DNA from: Ferroglobus placidus DSM 10642
GTDB taxonomy: Archaea > Halobacteriota > Archaeoglobi > Archaeoglobales > Archaeoglobaceae
Direction: 5' to 3'
Assembly: GCF_000025505.1 (NCBI RefSeq)
Contig: NC_013849.1
Coordinates: 51,250 to 83,249 of the forward strand
DNA length: 32,000 bases
Part shown: piece by piece, positions 17,653-25,657 of the stretch
Position numbering within the stretch: the stretch's first letter is position 1
Layout: the number at the start of each line of letters is the position of its first letter
Translations under genes and position numbers: made by a program
The notes under the pieces: model-generated
What the model was told of the DNA's origin: nothing
The model's input: only the letters and a program-made list of their open reading frames with translations
Database searches by the model: none

Positions 17653-18402
17653 TAGGATTAGATCTCTTATCGCCCTCGATATGTCTCTGTTCTTCAAAAC
17701 TACGGCTTCGTCGTACCACCTTCTCTCTTTTAAGCTACCTTCCGAAGGCATTATTATCGCCTCTTCGCAGTCTCTAACGTACATCCTCGCGGAGGATTTG
17801 AATTCCGAGCAGATGGCTACTTTGCTCAAAGTCTCTACTATATCCTTCGGAAGCTCGCTGAGGGGGGCGAGCAGATATATTTTCACACCCCTTTCACTTG
17901 CTTCGAATATCTCGGGCTTGTACTCGTAAACTATCCTAATAGATTCGTTGCTTGTGGCAGCGATGGCGAGCTCTTCGTCGCTTCTGTTTATAAACTCCTT
18001 AATCGTGCTTATCAACACCCTCCTCCCCGTCACTTCGTAGGAAATCGTGTTCGATACGTTTCCCCTTACACCTATTGACCTTACAATGTTAAGAAATTCC
18101 TCTCTCAATTTGAACAAATTATACAGTCTCTTCTCAACATCTCTTATGAGCATCGAAGTAGCCACTTCCGGAGACACAGCGTAGTACCTTCTCGGCTTCT
18201 GCGCGGAAACGTAGATTAACCCTTTTTCACTCAAATTTTCCAGGATGTCGTAGATTCTCTGTCTGGTCAATCCAACTTCCTTGGCTAACTCGCTGACTGA
18301 AGCCCCGGACTTCTTCAGTAGGAGCAGGTATATTTCAGCCTCCGTCTTACTCAAACCCAGATCTTCCAGAATGTTTGTCAACCGTGACTTATATTCCTGC
18401 AT
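17626..18402 (-). CDS. TrmB-family transcriptional regulator
   Basis: LEDLGLSKTEAEIYLLLLKKSGASVSELAKEVGLTRQRIYDILENLSEKGLI followed by an effector-binding domain. Confidence 0.88.
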   Translation of the reverse strand: MQEYKSRLTNILEDLGLSKTEAEIYLLLLKKSGASVSELAKEVGLTRQRIYDILENLSEKGLIYVSAQKPRRYYAVSPEVATSMLIRDVEKRLYNLFKLREEFLNIVRSIGVRGNVSNTISYEVTGRRVLISTIKEFINRSDEELAIAATSNESIRIVYEYKPEIFEASERGVKIYLLAPLSELPKDIVETLSKVAICSEFKSSARMYVRDCEEAIIMPSEGSLKERRWYDEAVVLKNRDISRAIRDLILSRFDELPN

Positions 18403-18560
18403 TACAATGTATTGAAATTCAAAGCATTACTTAAACCTTTCCACCAGCCTCCATTTAAATTAAATGTTGGTTATGGAAACTTCCAAGCTAAATCTGTAAA
18501 ATTGAAAATTTGACACAATTTTATCTACATTAAACATTACGGTAGTTTTTAGGTGGTAGG

Positions 18561-20090
18561 ATGGGGGAGTTTATAGAAAAAAAGGACTACTTCGGAGTGA
18601 GGTTTCCGATACCGAGAGATCTGAGAGCTTTCATTGAAATACTTGAGAAGGAGGGAGAGTTGAAGAGAATAAAAGCGGAGGTCGATTGGAATCTCGAATT
18701 GTCGCACATAGCAAAGCTGAATGAAGAAAGAAGCGGTCCGGCTTTACTCTTCGAGAACATAAAGGACTACAAGCCGGGAGAGAAGAGGGGAAGCAAAGTA
18801 TTCACTTCAGCTTTCACAACTCCGAAAAGGGTTGCGATAGCTTTGGGAATGGACAGAAGCGCTGGGGTTGTTGACATAGCGAGAGAATGGATGACGAGAG
18901 TTACGAAGGGAGGAAAGATTCCTCCGAAGAAAGTTAGCGATGGACCAGTTATGGAGAACGTAGTTGAGGGGGACAAAATTAATTTGCTCGATTTTCCAGT
19001 GCCGCAGGTTTATCCTCAGGACGGTGGCAGATACTTCGGCACGGCAGTTTACTTATTAACTAAAGATCCAGAGAAGGGGAAGGAGTGGGTAAATCTCGGC
19101 ACATACAGAATGATGGTCCTCGACGAGAAGAGCTTGGGTGTTCAGATTCTCAAGGGAAAGGATGCCGACGTGATGATGCAAAAGTACAGGGAAATGGGAG
19201 AAAAGGAGATGCCAGCAGCAGCAGTTATCGGAGGAACCCCTCTCGGCTTCCTAACTGGAAGCACCCTCGTCGAATACGGGACGAGCGAGTACGAGATAAT
19301 CGGTGCTTTGCAAGGTGAGCCAGTAGAAGTTATCGAGAGCGATTTGACCGGTTTGCCTATAGATGCGAGGGCAGAAATTGTCGCGGAGGGATTCATTCCG
19401 GTTGACGAAAAAGAGTGGAGACCCGAGGGACCTTTCGGAGAGTACACTGGCTACTACTCAGGAAAAGCTAAAGAGGAATTTCCAAAGCCTTGGATTAGAG
19501 TGGAGAGGATAATGCATAGAAACGATCCGATATTCTGGGTGACAACTGTCGGAAGACCGGTTACTGACACGCACATGATTCAGTCTATAAACAGAACAGC
19601 CGAGCTATGGACTCAGCTCGAACAGATGGGAGTTCCGGGAATACAGTCCGTCTACATACCTCCAGAAAGCGGTGGAAGATTCTGGGCGATAATTTCTATA
19701 AAGCAGATGTATCCGGGACACGGAAGGCATGCAGGATTGGCAGCTTTCGCCACAGTCGTCGGAAACTACGGAATGAAGGGAGTCATTGTTGTAGATGACG
19801 ACATAAGAGCTGATGATTTGCCGAGAGTCTGGTGGGCTTTGTCGGTGAGGTACAACCCGGTCGAAGACACCGAGATTATAAAGAAGGGTAGGTCAACGCC
19901 TTTAGATCCCTCACTGCCGATATACAAGGACTGGTACGACAGAAGGTTGCTGGTTTCGAGAATCCTCATAGATGCAACGACTCCCTACGAATGGGAGAGG
20001 AAGCCGCAGGTTATAGAGCTCGACAAAGAAACTGTGGAAAAGCTGAAGCAGAGGTGGGACGAGTTCGGCTTCGACTGGAAGCCGGAGTAA
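18561..20090 (+). CDS. UbiD-family prFMN-dependent (de)carboxylase, candidate phenylphosphate carboxylase alpha/beta-type subunit
   Basis: DLRAFIEILEKEGELKRIKAEVDWNLELSHIAKL, IIGALQGEPVEVIESDLTGLPIDARAEIVAEGFIP, GEYTGYYSG: UbiD motifs; SD AGGTGG upstream. Confidence 0.92.
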   Translation: MGEFIEKKDYFGVRFPIPRDLRAFIEILEKEGELKRIKAEVDWNLELSHIAKLNEERSGPALLFENIKDYKPGEKRGSKVFTSAFTTPKRVAIALGMDRSAGVVDIAREWMTRVTKGGKIPPKKVSDGPVMENVVEGDKINLLDFPVPQVYPQDGGRYFGTAVYLLTKDPEKGKEWVNLGTYRMMVLDEKSLGVQILKGKDADVMMQKYREMGEKEMPAAAVIGGTPLGFLTGSTLVEYGTSEYEIIGALQGEPVEVIESDLTGLPIDARAEIVAEGFIPVDEKEWRPEGPFGEYTGYYSGKAKEEFPKPWIRVERIMHRNDPIFWVTTVGRPVTDTHMIQSINRTAELWTQLEQMGVPGIQSVYIPPESGGRFWAIISIKQMYPGHGRHAGLAAFATVVGNYGMKGVIVVDDDIRADDLPRVWWALSVRYNPVEDTEIIKKGRSTPLDPSLPIYKDWYDRRLLVSRILIDATTPYEWERKPQVIELDKETVEKLKQRWDEFGFDWKPE

Positions 20091-20122
20091 ATTTCTAATT
20101 TTTTATTTTCGAGGTGGTAAAT

Positions 20123-20821
20123 TTGGTTAAGTGGATCGGCTTCGATTACGGACAATGCTTGATGGACTCTTCGAACAGAAAAGTCGAGTACTGGATGGCA
20201 GCAGTTTTCATAGACGAAGAAAAGGAAAGACCGGGGATAATAAACGAGAAGGTGAAGCTTTACAACGAGCTGATAGAGAAGTACGGAGATTTTAGAAGGT
20301 TGCACGAAAAGGGGAGGCACGAGGTTGAGGAGAAAGTTCTCGAGAACAATCCGTGTTTGATAAAGAGGTATTACGAAGTGGAACAAAAGCTTCTAAAACC
20401 AGCGGATGGAGCTGAAGACGCTCTGAGGTATCTGAAAAAGAAGGGCTACGTTCTCGACGTAGTTTCTGATATGAGCACGGTGAACGTGATAATCAATTTC
20501 CTAAACAACTACAACCTCCGCCACTTCTTCTCCAACATCTACTCCCCTATTGGTGTTGTTAGAGAGAGCGGAGAAATCGACGAGAGCTTTAAAGGAGTTT
20601 CAAAGGAAGACGGAAGCCTTTACGAGAAGTTGAAGGAAGACCTCGAGAGGAGAGGAATTGACGTTTCCGAGGCTGTAATGGTTGGAGATCATCCGGTGAA
20701 GGATGTTGAAATGGCAAAGAAGTACGGATTCATAACCGTCCACTACGACGTGAAAGGAAAACCTTCGGACAAAGCGGATTACGTAATAAGCCACTTCTCG
20801 GAGCTTAAAAAGATATTTTAA
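20123..20821 (+). CDS. HAD-superfamily protein, candidate phenylphosphate carboxylase delta subunit (PpcD)-like
   Basis: GFDYGQCLMDS, VVSDMST, VMVGDHPVKDVEMAKKYGF; embedded between UbiD-like and CoA ligase genes. Track start 20114 (GTG) overlaps the SD GAGGTGG; TTG at 20123 preferred. Confidence 0.75.
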   Translation: MVKWIGFDYGQCLMDSSNRKVEYWMAAVFIDEEKERPGIINEKVKLYNELIEKYGDFRRLHEKGRHEVEEKVLENNPCLIKRYYEVEQKLLKPADGAEDALRYLKKKGYVLDVVSDMSTVNVIINFLNNYNLRHFFSNIYSPIGVVRESGEIDESFKGVSKEDGSLYEKLKEDLERRGIDVSEAVMVGDHPVKDVEMAKKYGFITVHYDVKGKPSDKADYVISHFSELKKIF

Positions 20822-20830
20822 GGGGTCGAT

Positions 20831-22405
20831 ATGCCCATTTCCGGAGAAAAGTTCGAATTTAACGTTCCGGAAAGAATGAATTTAGCGGAGATCGTTGTTG
20901 ACAGGCAAGCTGAAAGGTTTCCAGAAAAAACGGCAATTGTTTGCGTTGGAAGCGAAAAAATGGGAATAAAAGAGGAGAAGGTAACATTTAAAGAGTTGAA
21001 AGATTTGACGAATAAAGCTGCGAACGCTTTTATTAATGAAGGAATGAGCTTTGACGACAGAGTTCTAATAGTTTTGCCCGACTCCATAGACTTCTACATC
21101 GCCTTTTACGGAGCTATAAAGCTCGGAGCCGTGCCAGTGCCTGTAAACACGTATCTTTTCGAGGAGGATTACGCTTACTTCTTGGAAGATTCCCGGGCTA
21201 AATTTGCGGTAATTTACAGCGGTTTCGAAAAAGCTTTGAAAGCAGCTGAAAATTCGAAGTATCTCAAAGAAGTTTTTACTGAAAAAGATTTGAGGGAACT
21301 TACGAATAAAGCATCTTCGGAATTCGAACCTTTAAAGCTCAGCAAGGATTCGATGGCTTTCTGGCTTTACAGTTCCGGAACGACCGGAAAGCCGAAGGGA
21401 GTTGTTCATCTCCACCACGATCCGATCTTCGTTTGCGAAAGCTATCACAGAAGAGTTCTCGGACTGAGCAGCGAAGACGTGTGCTACTCCGTTAGCAAGC
21501 TCTTCTTCGCCTACGGACTCGGAAGCTGCGGATACGGTAGTTTATACTTCGGGGCAACAGTGGTGGTTGATCCGGAAAGACCCGATCCGGAGAGAGCTGC
21601 AGAAATACTCGAAAAATACGGAGTTACAGCTTTGTTTACCGTCCCATCTTTCTACGCGAGGCTCGTAGAAATTGATAGGGATGTGAAGCATAAGTTAAGA
21701 ATCGCTGTGAGCGGAGGAGAGCCTTTGCCGGAAGCTGTATGGTACAAGTTCAAAGAGAAGTTCGGAGTTGAGATAGTTGAGCATATAGGATCAACCGAGG
21801 CTTTGTACGCTTTCATCGGTCACTATCCGGGGAAAGTCAAGCCCGGATACACCGGAGTCGTAATGCCCGGGTGGGAGGTTAAGCTTGTCGACGAGAACGG
21901 AAACGAAATAGTCGAGGACGGGATTCCCGGCAAACTTTTGATTAAGGGTGACTCGGTGGCTGCTTTTTACTGGGAAAAGCACGAAAAGACGAAAAAAGCC
22001 TTTCTCGGAGAGTGGTACGACACTGGCGACACCTTCGTTAAAGAGGGCGAATACTTCAAGTACCACGGAAGGGCAGACGACTTGATAAAAACGAGAGGGC
22101 TTTGGGTTTCTCCGGTTAAAGTTGAGAACGCTTTATTAAAGCATCCGGCGATAGAAGAATGCGCAGTTGTGCAGGGATTTAACGAGAAAAAACTCGAGGT
22201 CGTTGCGGCTTACGTTGTTCTAAGGAAAGGATACGACGAAAGCGTTGTGGATGATGTAAAAAGATTTTTGAGGGAGCAGGGGCTGAAAGGCTTCGAAATC
22301 CCTGAGAAATGGGTTTTTGTCAGAGAACTTCCGAGAACCGCTACTGGAAAAATTCAAAAATACAAGTTGAGGATGAAAGAGTTTGAGGAGGCGTTTGGGA
22401 AATGA
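20831..22405 (+). CDS. Benzoate-CoA ligase family protein (candidate 4-hydroxybenzoate-CoA ligase)
   Basis: MNLAEIVVDRQAERFPEKTAIVC, FWLYSSGTTGKPKGVVHLHHD, FFAYGLGSCGYGSLYFGAT, EHIGSTEALYAFIGHYPG, LPRTATGKIQKYKLR: typical of the benzoate/4-hydroxybenzoate-CoA ligase group. Confidence 0.85.
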   Translation: MPISGEKFEFNVPERMNLAEIVVDRQAERFPEKTAIVCVGSEKMGIKEEKVTFKELKDLTNKAANAFINEGMSFDDRVLIVLPDSIDFYIAFYGAIKLGAVPVPVNTYLFEEDYAYFLEDSRAKFAVIYSGFEKALKAAENSKYLKEVFTEKDLRELTNKASSEFEPLKLSKDSMAFWLYSSGTTGKPKGVVHLHHDPIFVCESYHRRVLGLSSEDVCYSVSKLFFAYGLGSCGYGSLYFGATVVVDPERPDPERAAEILEKYGVTALFTVPSFYARLVEIDRDVKHKLRIAVSGGEPLPEAVWYKFKEKFGVEIVEHIGSTEALYAFIGHYPGKVKPGYTGVVMPGWEVKLVDENGNEIVEDGIPGKLLIKGDSVAAFYWEKHEKTKKAFLGEWYDTGDTFVKEGEYFKYHGRADDLIKTRGLWVSPVKVENALLKHPAIEECAVVQGFNEKKLEVVAAYVVLRKGYDESVVDDVKRFLREQGLKGFEIPEKWVFVRELPRTATGKIQKYKLRMKEFEEAFGK

Positions 22406-22989
22406 GGATCGTCGTAGCTCTAACGGGAGCTTCCGGACAGATTTACGGAATAAGGCTTCTCGAATACTTAAGTAAAACGGATATCGAGACGCATCTTGTT
22501 ATCTCTCCGGCTGCCAAAGAAAATATAGAGATAGAGACGGAATACAGCGTAGAATACGTTGAGAGCTTGGCGGATTTCTGCTACGACTACATGGACTTCA
22601 CGGCTCCAATAGCAAGCGGAAGTTTCAAGCACGACGGGATGATCGTGATCCCCTGCTCGATCAAAACAGCTTCGGCGATAGCAAACAGCCTCAACTACAA
22701 CCTGATAATCAGAGCAGCAGACGTGACTTTGAAGGAGAGGAGAAAGCTCGTTCTCGTCGTTAGAGAGACTCCGCTTCATTCCGGTCACTTGAGGATGCTC
22801 GCCAAGCTTTCGGATCTCGGAGCGATAGTATACCCGCCAGTTCCAGCGTTTTACTCCAAACCGAAGAGCTTGGACGACATCGTAAATCACACGGTGGGAA
22901 GAGCCCTCGATCTTCTCGGAGTTGAGAACAACCTCTACAAACCTTGGATGGGCAGGGAGAGTATATCGGAGAAGGAGTTCAATTTGTAA
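22402..22989 (+). CDS. ubiX: UbiX-family flavin prenyltransferase
   Basis: MRIVVALTGASGQIYGIRLLEYL, PIASGSFKHDGMIVIPCSIKTASAIANSLNYNLIIRAADVTLKERRKLVLVVRETPLHSGHLRMLAKLSDLGAIVYPPVPAFY; ATGA overlap with ligase stop. Confidence 0.95.
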   Translation: MRIVVALTGASGQIYGIRLLEYLSKTDIETHLVISPAAKENIEIETEYSVEYVESLADFCYDYMDFTAPIASGSFKHDGMIVIPCSIKTASAIANSLNYNLIIRAADVTLKERRKLVLVVRETPLHSGHLRMLAKLSDLGAIVYPPVPAFYSKPKSLDDIVNHTVGRALDLLGVENNLYKPWMGRESISEKEFNL

Positions 22990-23546
22990 TCGGCATCAAG
23001 CTCTGAAAATTTATTTTCCCCCTCCAAAACAGCTATTTTAATTCCGGCTCTTTTGCAAGCCTCCACATCTGATCTGCTATCACCTACGAAGAGAACATCT
23101 TTTTTGCTGACCTTAAGCGATTCGATCGCTTTTAATATTCCCATCGGAGACGGTTTTAAAAGCTGAACGTCCTTTCTTCCTATAACAACCTCGAAGCTGC
23201 CGGCTATTTGAAATTTTTCAAGAGCTTTTTTCAAAACGTCCTTGCTTACGTTAGAAACCACCGCCTTTTTAACCCTCAGCTTTTCGAGAACTTCCTTGAC
23301 TCCCTCTCTAAGCTTCCACCTCTTAAAAGCCTCTAAATCGTACTTGTCGTAGATATTGTCGATCAAAGAAATTAAGGATGGATGATATGAAGCTACGAAG
23401 TTGTATATCTCGGCGTAGTTGCTACTCTCGATCTCAATTCCCCTCTCTTCGAGAACGCTTTTCGCTTCTTTCACTGCCTTACTCAAATCCCAAGCGAAGT
23501 TGACAAGTGTCCCCTCAAAGTCGAAGATTAGTGCTTTGAACGTCAT
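22935..23546 (-). CDS. HAD-superfamily hydrolase
   Basis: MTFKALIFDFEGTLV, VVSNVSK, LLKPSPMGI, VLFVGDSRSDVEACKRAG. Start at 23546 gives ATGA overlap with the upstream molybdopterin gene; track start 23582 lies inside that gene. Confidence 0.85.
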   Translation of the reverse strand: MTFKALIFDFEGTLVNFAWDLSKAVKEAKSVLEERGIEIESSNYAEIYNFVASYHPSLISLIDNIYDKYDLEAFKRWKLREGVKEVLEKLRVKKAVVSNVSKDVLKKALEKFQIAGSFEVVIGRKDVQLLKPSPMGILKAIESLKVSKKDVLFVGDSRSDVEACKRAGIKIAVLEGENKFSELDADYKLNSFSDILSLPIQGL

Positions 23547-25588
23547 TCTTTCCTCGCAAGGAGTGCTTTCAGCTCCGGGCATCCGGAAATCGGATCTCCG
23601 GGCTTGTTTGAGGTAAGAACGTTAACGTTCCCTTCGCTCCATCCGTGGGGGATGTTTATTACTCCCGGGGCTATGTCTTCGGTAACTTTAGCTCTGACGA
23701 CTATGCTTCCCCTCTCGGTTTTGACGATAACCTTGTCTCCGTCCTTCACTCCGAACTTCTCTGCAGTTTTCGGATTTATCTCAACGTAAGCCTCCGGAAG
23801 AATTCTTCTCATCTTCTCCACGTTTCTCATTTGGGAATGGGTGTAGTAAACGTCCCTCGCCCCGGTAGTTAGAATTAAAGGATATTCCTTGGCTTTTTCG
23901 CTGTACGGACTTTCGCTCGGCTCTTTCGGGGTTGGAATCGGATCGTAGCCGAGTTTTTTCAAAGTTTCCGAGTATATCTCGACTTTCCCGCTCGGAGTTT
24001 TGAATCCTCTCTTCTTGTACTCTTCGTACTTTACTTCTCCAGTCCAAACTCCTGAAGGATATTTTTCGTTCAGATCTTCGAAGGAGTAGCCGGTAGGCTC
24101 CAAAACGTAATCGAGAACTTCTTCAACGCTCGTCCACGGGAAGTAGTTATCGAATCCCATTTTCTTCGCAAGCTCAAGCCAGAATTCCACGTCACTCTTA
24201 GCCTCTCCCAAAGGCTCTATCACCTTCTTCCTCAGCATCATGTAGGGAATTCCGAATATCACGCTGTAGTAGTCGACGAGCTCGTATCTTTCAAGGAAAG
24301 AGGCGGCGGGTAAGAAAACATCTGCGTGTTTTGCTGTTTCCGTCATGAACATATCCATAACCGCCAGAAATTCCACCTTCTTCAGCATCTCCACGACTTT
24401 ATTCGAGTTGGGCCAGGTTAAAGCCGGATTTGATCCGGCGACAAAGATGCTTTTAATTGGGTACGGCTTTCCTTCGAGGACAGCGTCGTATAAATACATC
24501 CCCTGCCCCTCGCCAAGATGAGTTTCCCAGACTTGGTAGAATAGGGGGTGCTCCTTAATTCCGAGAGGCACGTCTTCCAGCATTTCCACGAGCCTGAGGT
24601 TTCTCGTGTGGACTCTTGCAGCTCTGACAAATCCTCCCTTTACATCGATGTTCCCCGTTAAAGCGTGGAGAATAGCCACGCTCCTCGCGTTCTGCACGCC
24701 AGTAGGAACCTGATCCAGAGCGTTCACCCCTTGGACTATGCATGCCGGCTTTGTTGTTGCGAAAGTTCTTGCAATCTCAGTAATCGTCTCTGCTTCAACC
24801 CACGTTCTTTCGGCTATTTCCTCCAGAGAATATTTGGCTACGTGATTTTTCAATTCTTCAAAGCCGACGCAGTAATTGGAGACAAATTCCTTATCGTAAA
24901 GCTCCTCTTCGATTATGACTTTCATCAACCCCAAAGCTAAGTAGGTGTCGCTGCCCGGTCTAATTGAGGCGTGTATGTCAGCCATCTTCGCAACCTTGGT
25001 TCTTCTCGGATCGATTACTATAAGCTTCGCTCCTCTTTCTCTGGCTTTGTCTATCCTCCAAGCCAAAGGTGGCTTGGAAGCGTGGGGATTGTGAGCCCAG
25101 ACGATTATGCAGTTAGCATTGTCTACATCAGCTACGTTGAACTTTCCGATCGTGAGAATGTAGCCTATTATCTGATGCCTGTAACACATGCTCTCGGGAG
25201 AGAAGCAGTTTGGAGTACCATAGACATCCATAAACCTCCTTATGAAGCCTACAGTAGATGAACCTCCGAGAAGTATCGGCATTCCGATTATCGTAGCAAA
25301 GTACCTCGGGTCCTCTTCTCTTATCTCCTTCAAATTCTCAGCCACGAGCTCTATAGCATAATCCCAGTCAACCTTTTTCCACTTCTCTCCTTCCTTGACC
25401 ATCGGACGCGTCACTCTTTCTTTCGAGTAGATGTAATCTGGAGCGACGCTTCCTTTCGGGCAGAGCCTTCCAAAATTGAGAGGGTGCTCCTTCATTCCCT
25501 TAACACTCGTTATTCTTCCCTTTTCAACTTTCACATCCATTCCGCAACTCCAAGCGCAAAGCTCGCAAGCTGTCTTGATTATCATCAC
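23543..25588 (-). CDS. Molybdopterin(-tungsten)-dependent oxidoreductase with N-terminal [4Fe-4S] motif
   Basis: CELCAWSCGMDVKVEKGRITSVKGMKEHPLNFGRLCPKG [4Fe-4S] motif; GVNARS-like cofactor-binding domains; C-terminal ...INIPHGWSEGNVNVLT MopB C-domain. Confidence 0.9.
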   Translation of the reverse strand: MMIIKTACELCAWSCGMDVKVEKGRITSVKGMKEHPLNFGRLCPKGSVAPDYIYSKERVTRPMVKEGEKWKKVDWDYAIELVAENLKEIREEDPRYFATIIGMPILLGGSSTVGFIRRFMDVYGTPNCFSPESMCYRHQIIGYILTIGKFNVADVDNANCIIVWAHNPHASKPPLAWRIDKARERGAKLIVIDPRRTKVAKMADIHASIRPGSDTYLALGLMKVIIEEELYDKEFVSNYCVGFEELKNHVAKYSLEEIAERTWVEAETITEIARTFATTKPACIVQGVNALDQVPTGVQNARSVAILHALTGNIDVKGGFVRAARVHTRNLRLVEMLEDVPLGIKEHPLFYQVWETHLGEGQGMYLYDAVLEGKPYPIKSIFVAGSNPALTWPNSNKVVEMLKKVEFLAVMDMFMTETAKHADVFLPAASFLERYELVDYYSVIFGIPYMMLRKKVIEPLGEAKSDVEFWLELAKKMGFDNYFPWTSVEEVLDYVLEPTGYSFEDLNEKYPSGVWTGEVKYEEYKKRGFKTPSGKVEIYSETLKKLGYDPIPTPKEPSESPYSEKAKEYPLILTTGARDVYYTHSQMRNVEKMRRILPEAYVEINPKTAEKFGVKDGDKVIVKTERGSIVVRAKVTEDIAPGVINIPHGWSEGNVNVLTSNKPGDPISGCPELKALLARKE

Positions 25589-25657
25589 ATGAAGTTAAGG
25601 ATTAATAATTTATAAAGGTTTGTAAAGTAAATTTTTGGAAAATCGGAAGGTGTCGAC

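Noticed and set aside
18498-18523. Inverted repeat AAAATTG...CAATTTT upstream of the UbiD-like gene as an operator
   Set aside because: Very AT-rich 7-bp arms with a 12-nt spacer; easily by chance and no second copy found, so not called.
24418-24940. ORFs 70 aa, 62 aa, 92 aa on both strands
   Set aside because: Internal to the molybdopterin oxidoreductase gene, which has clear family motifs across its length.
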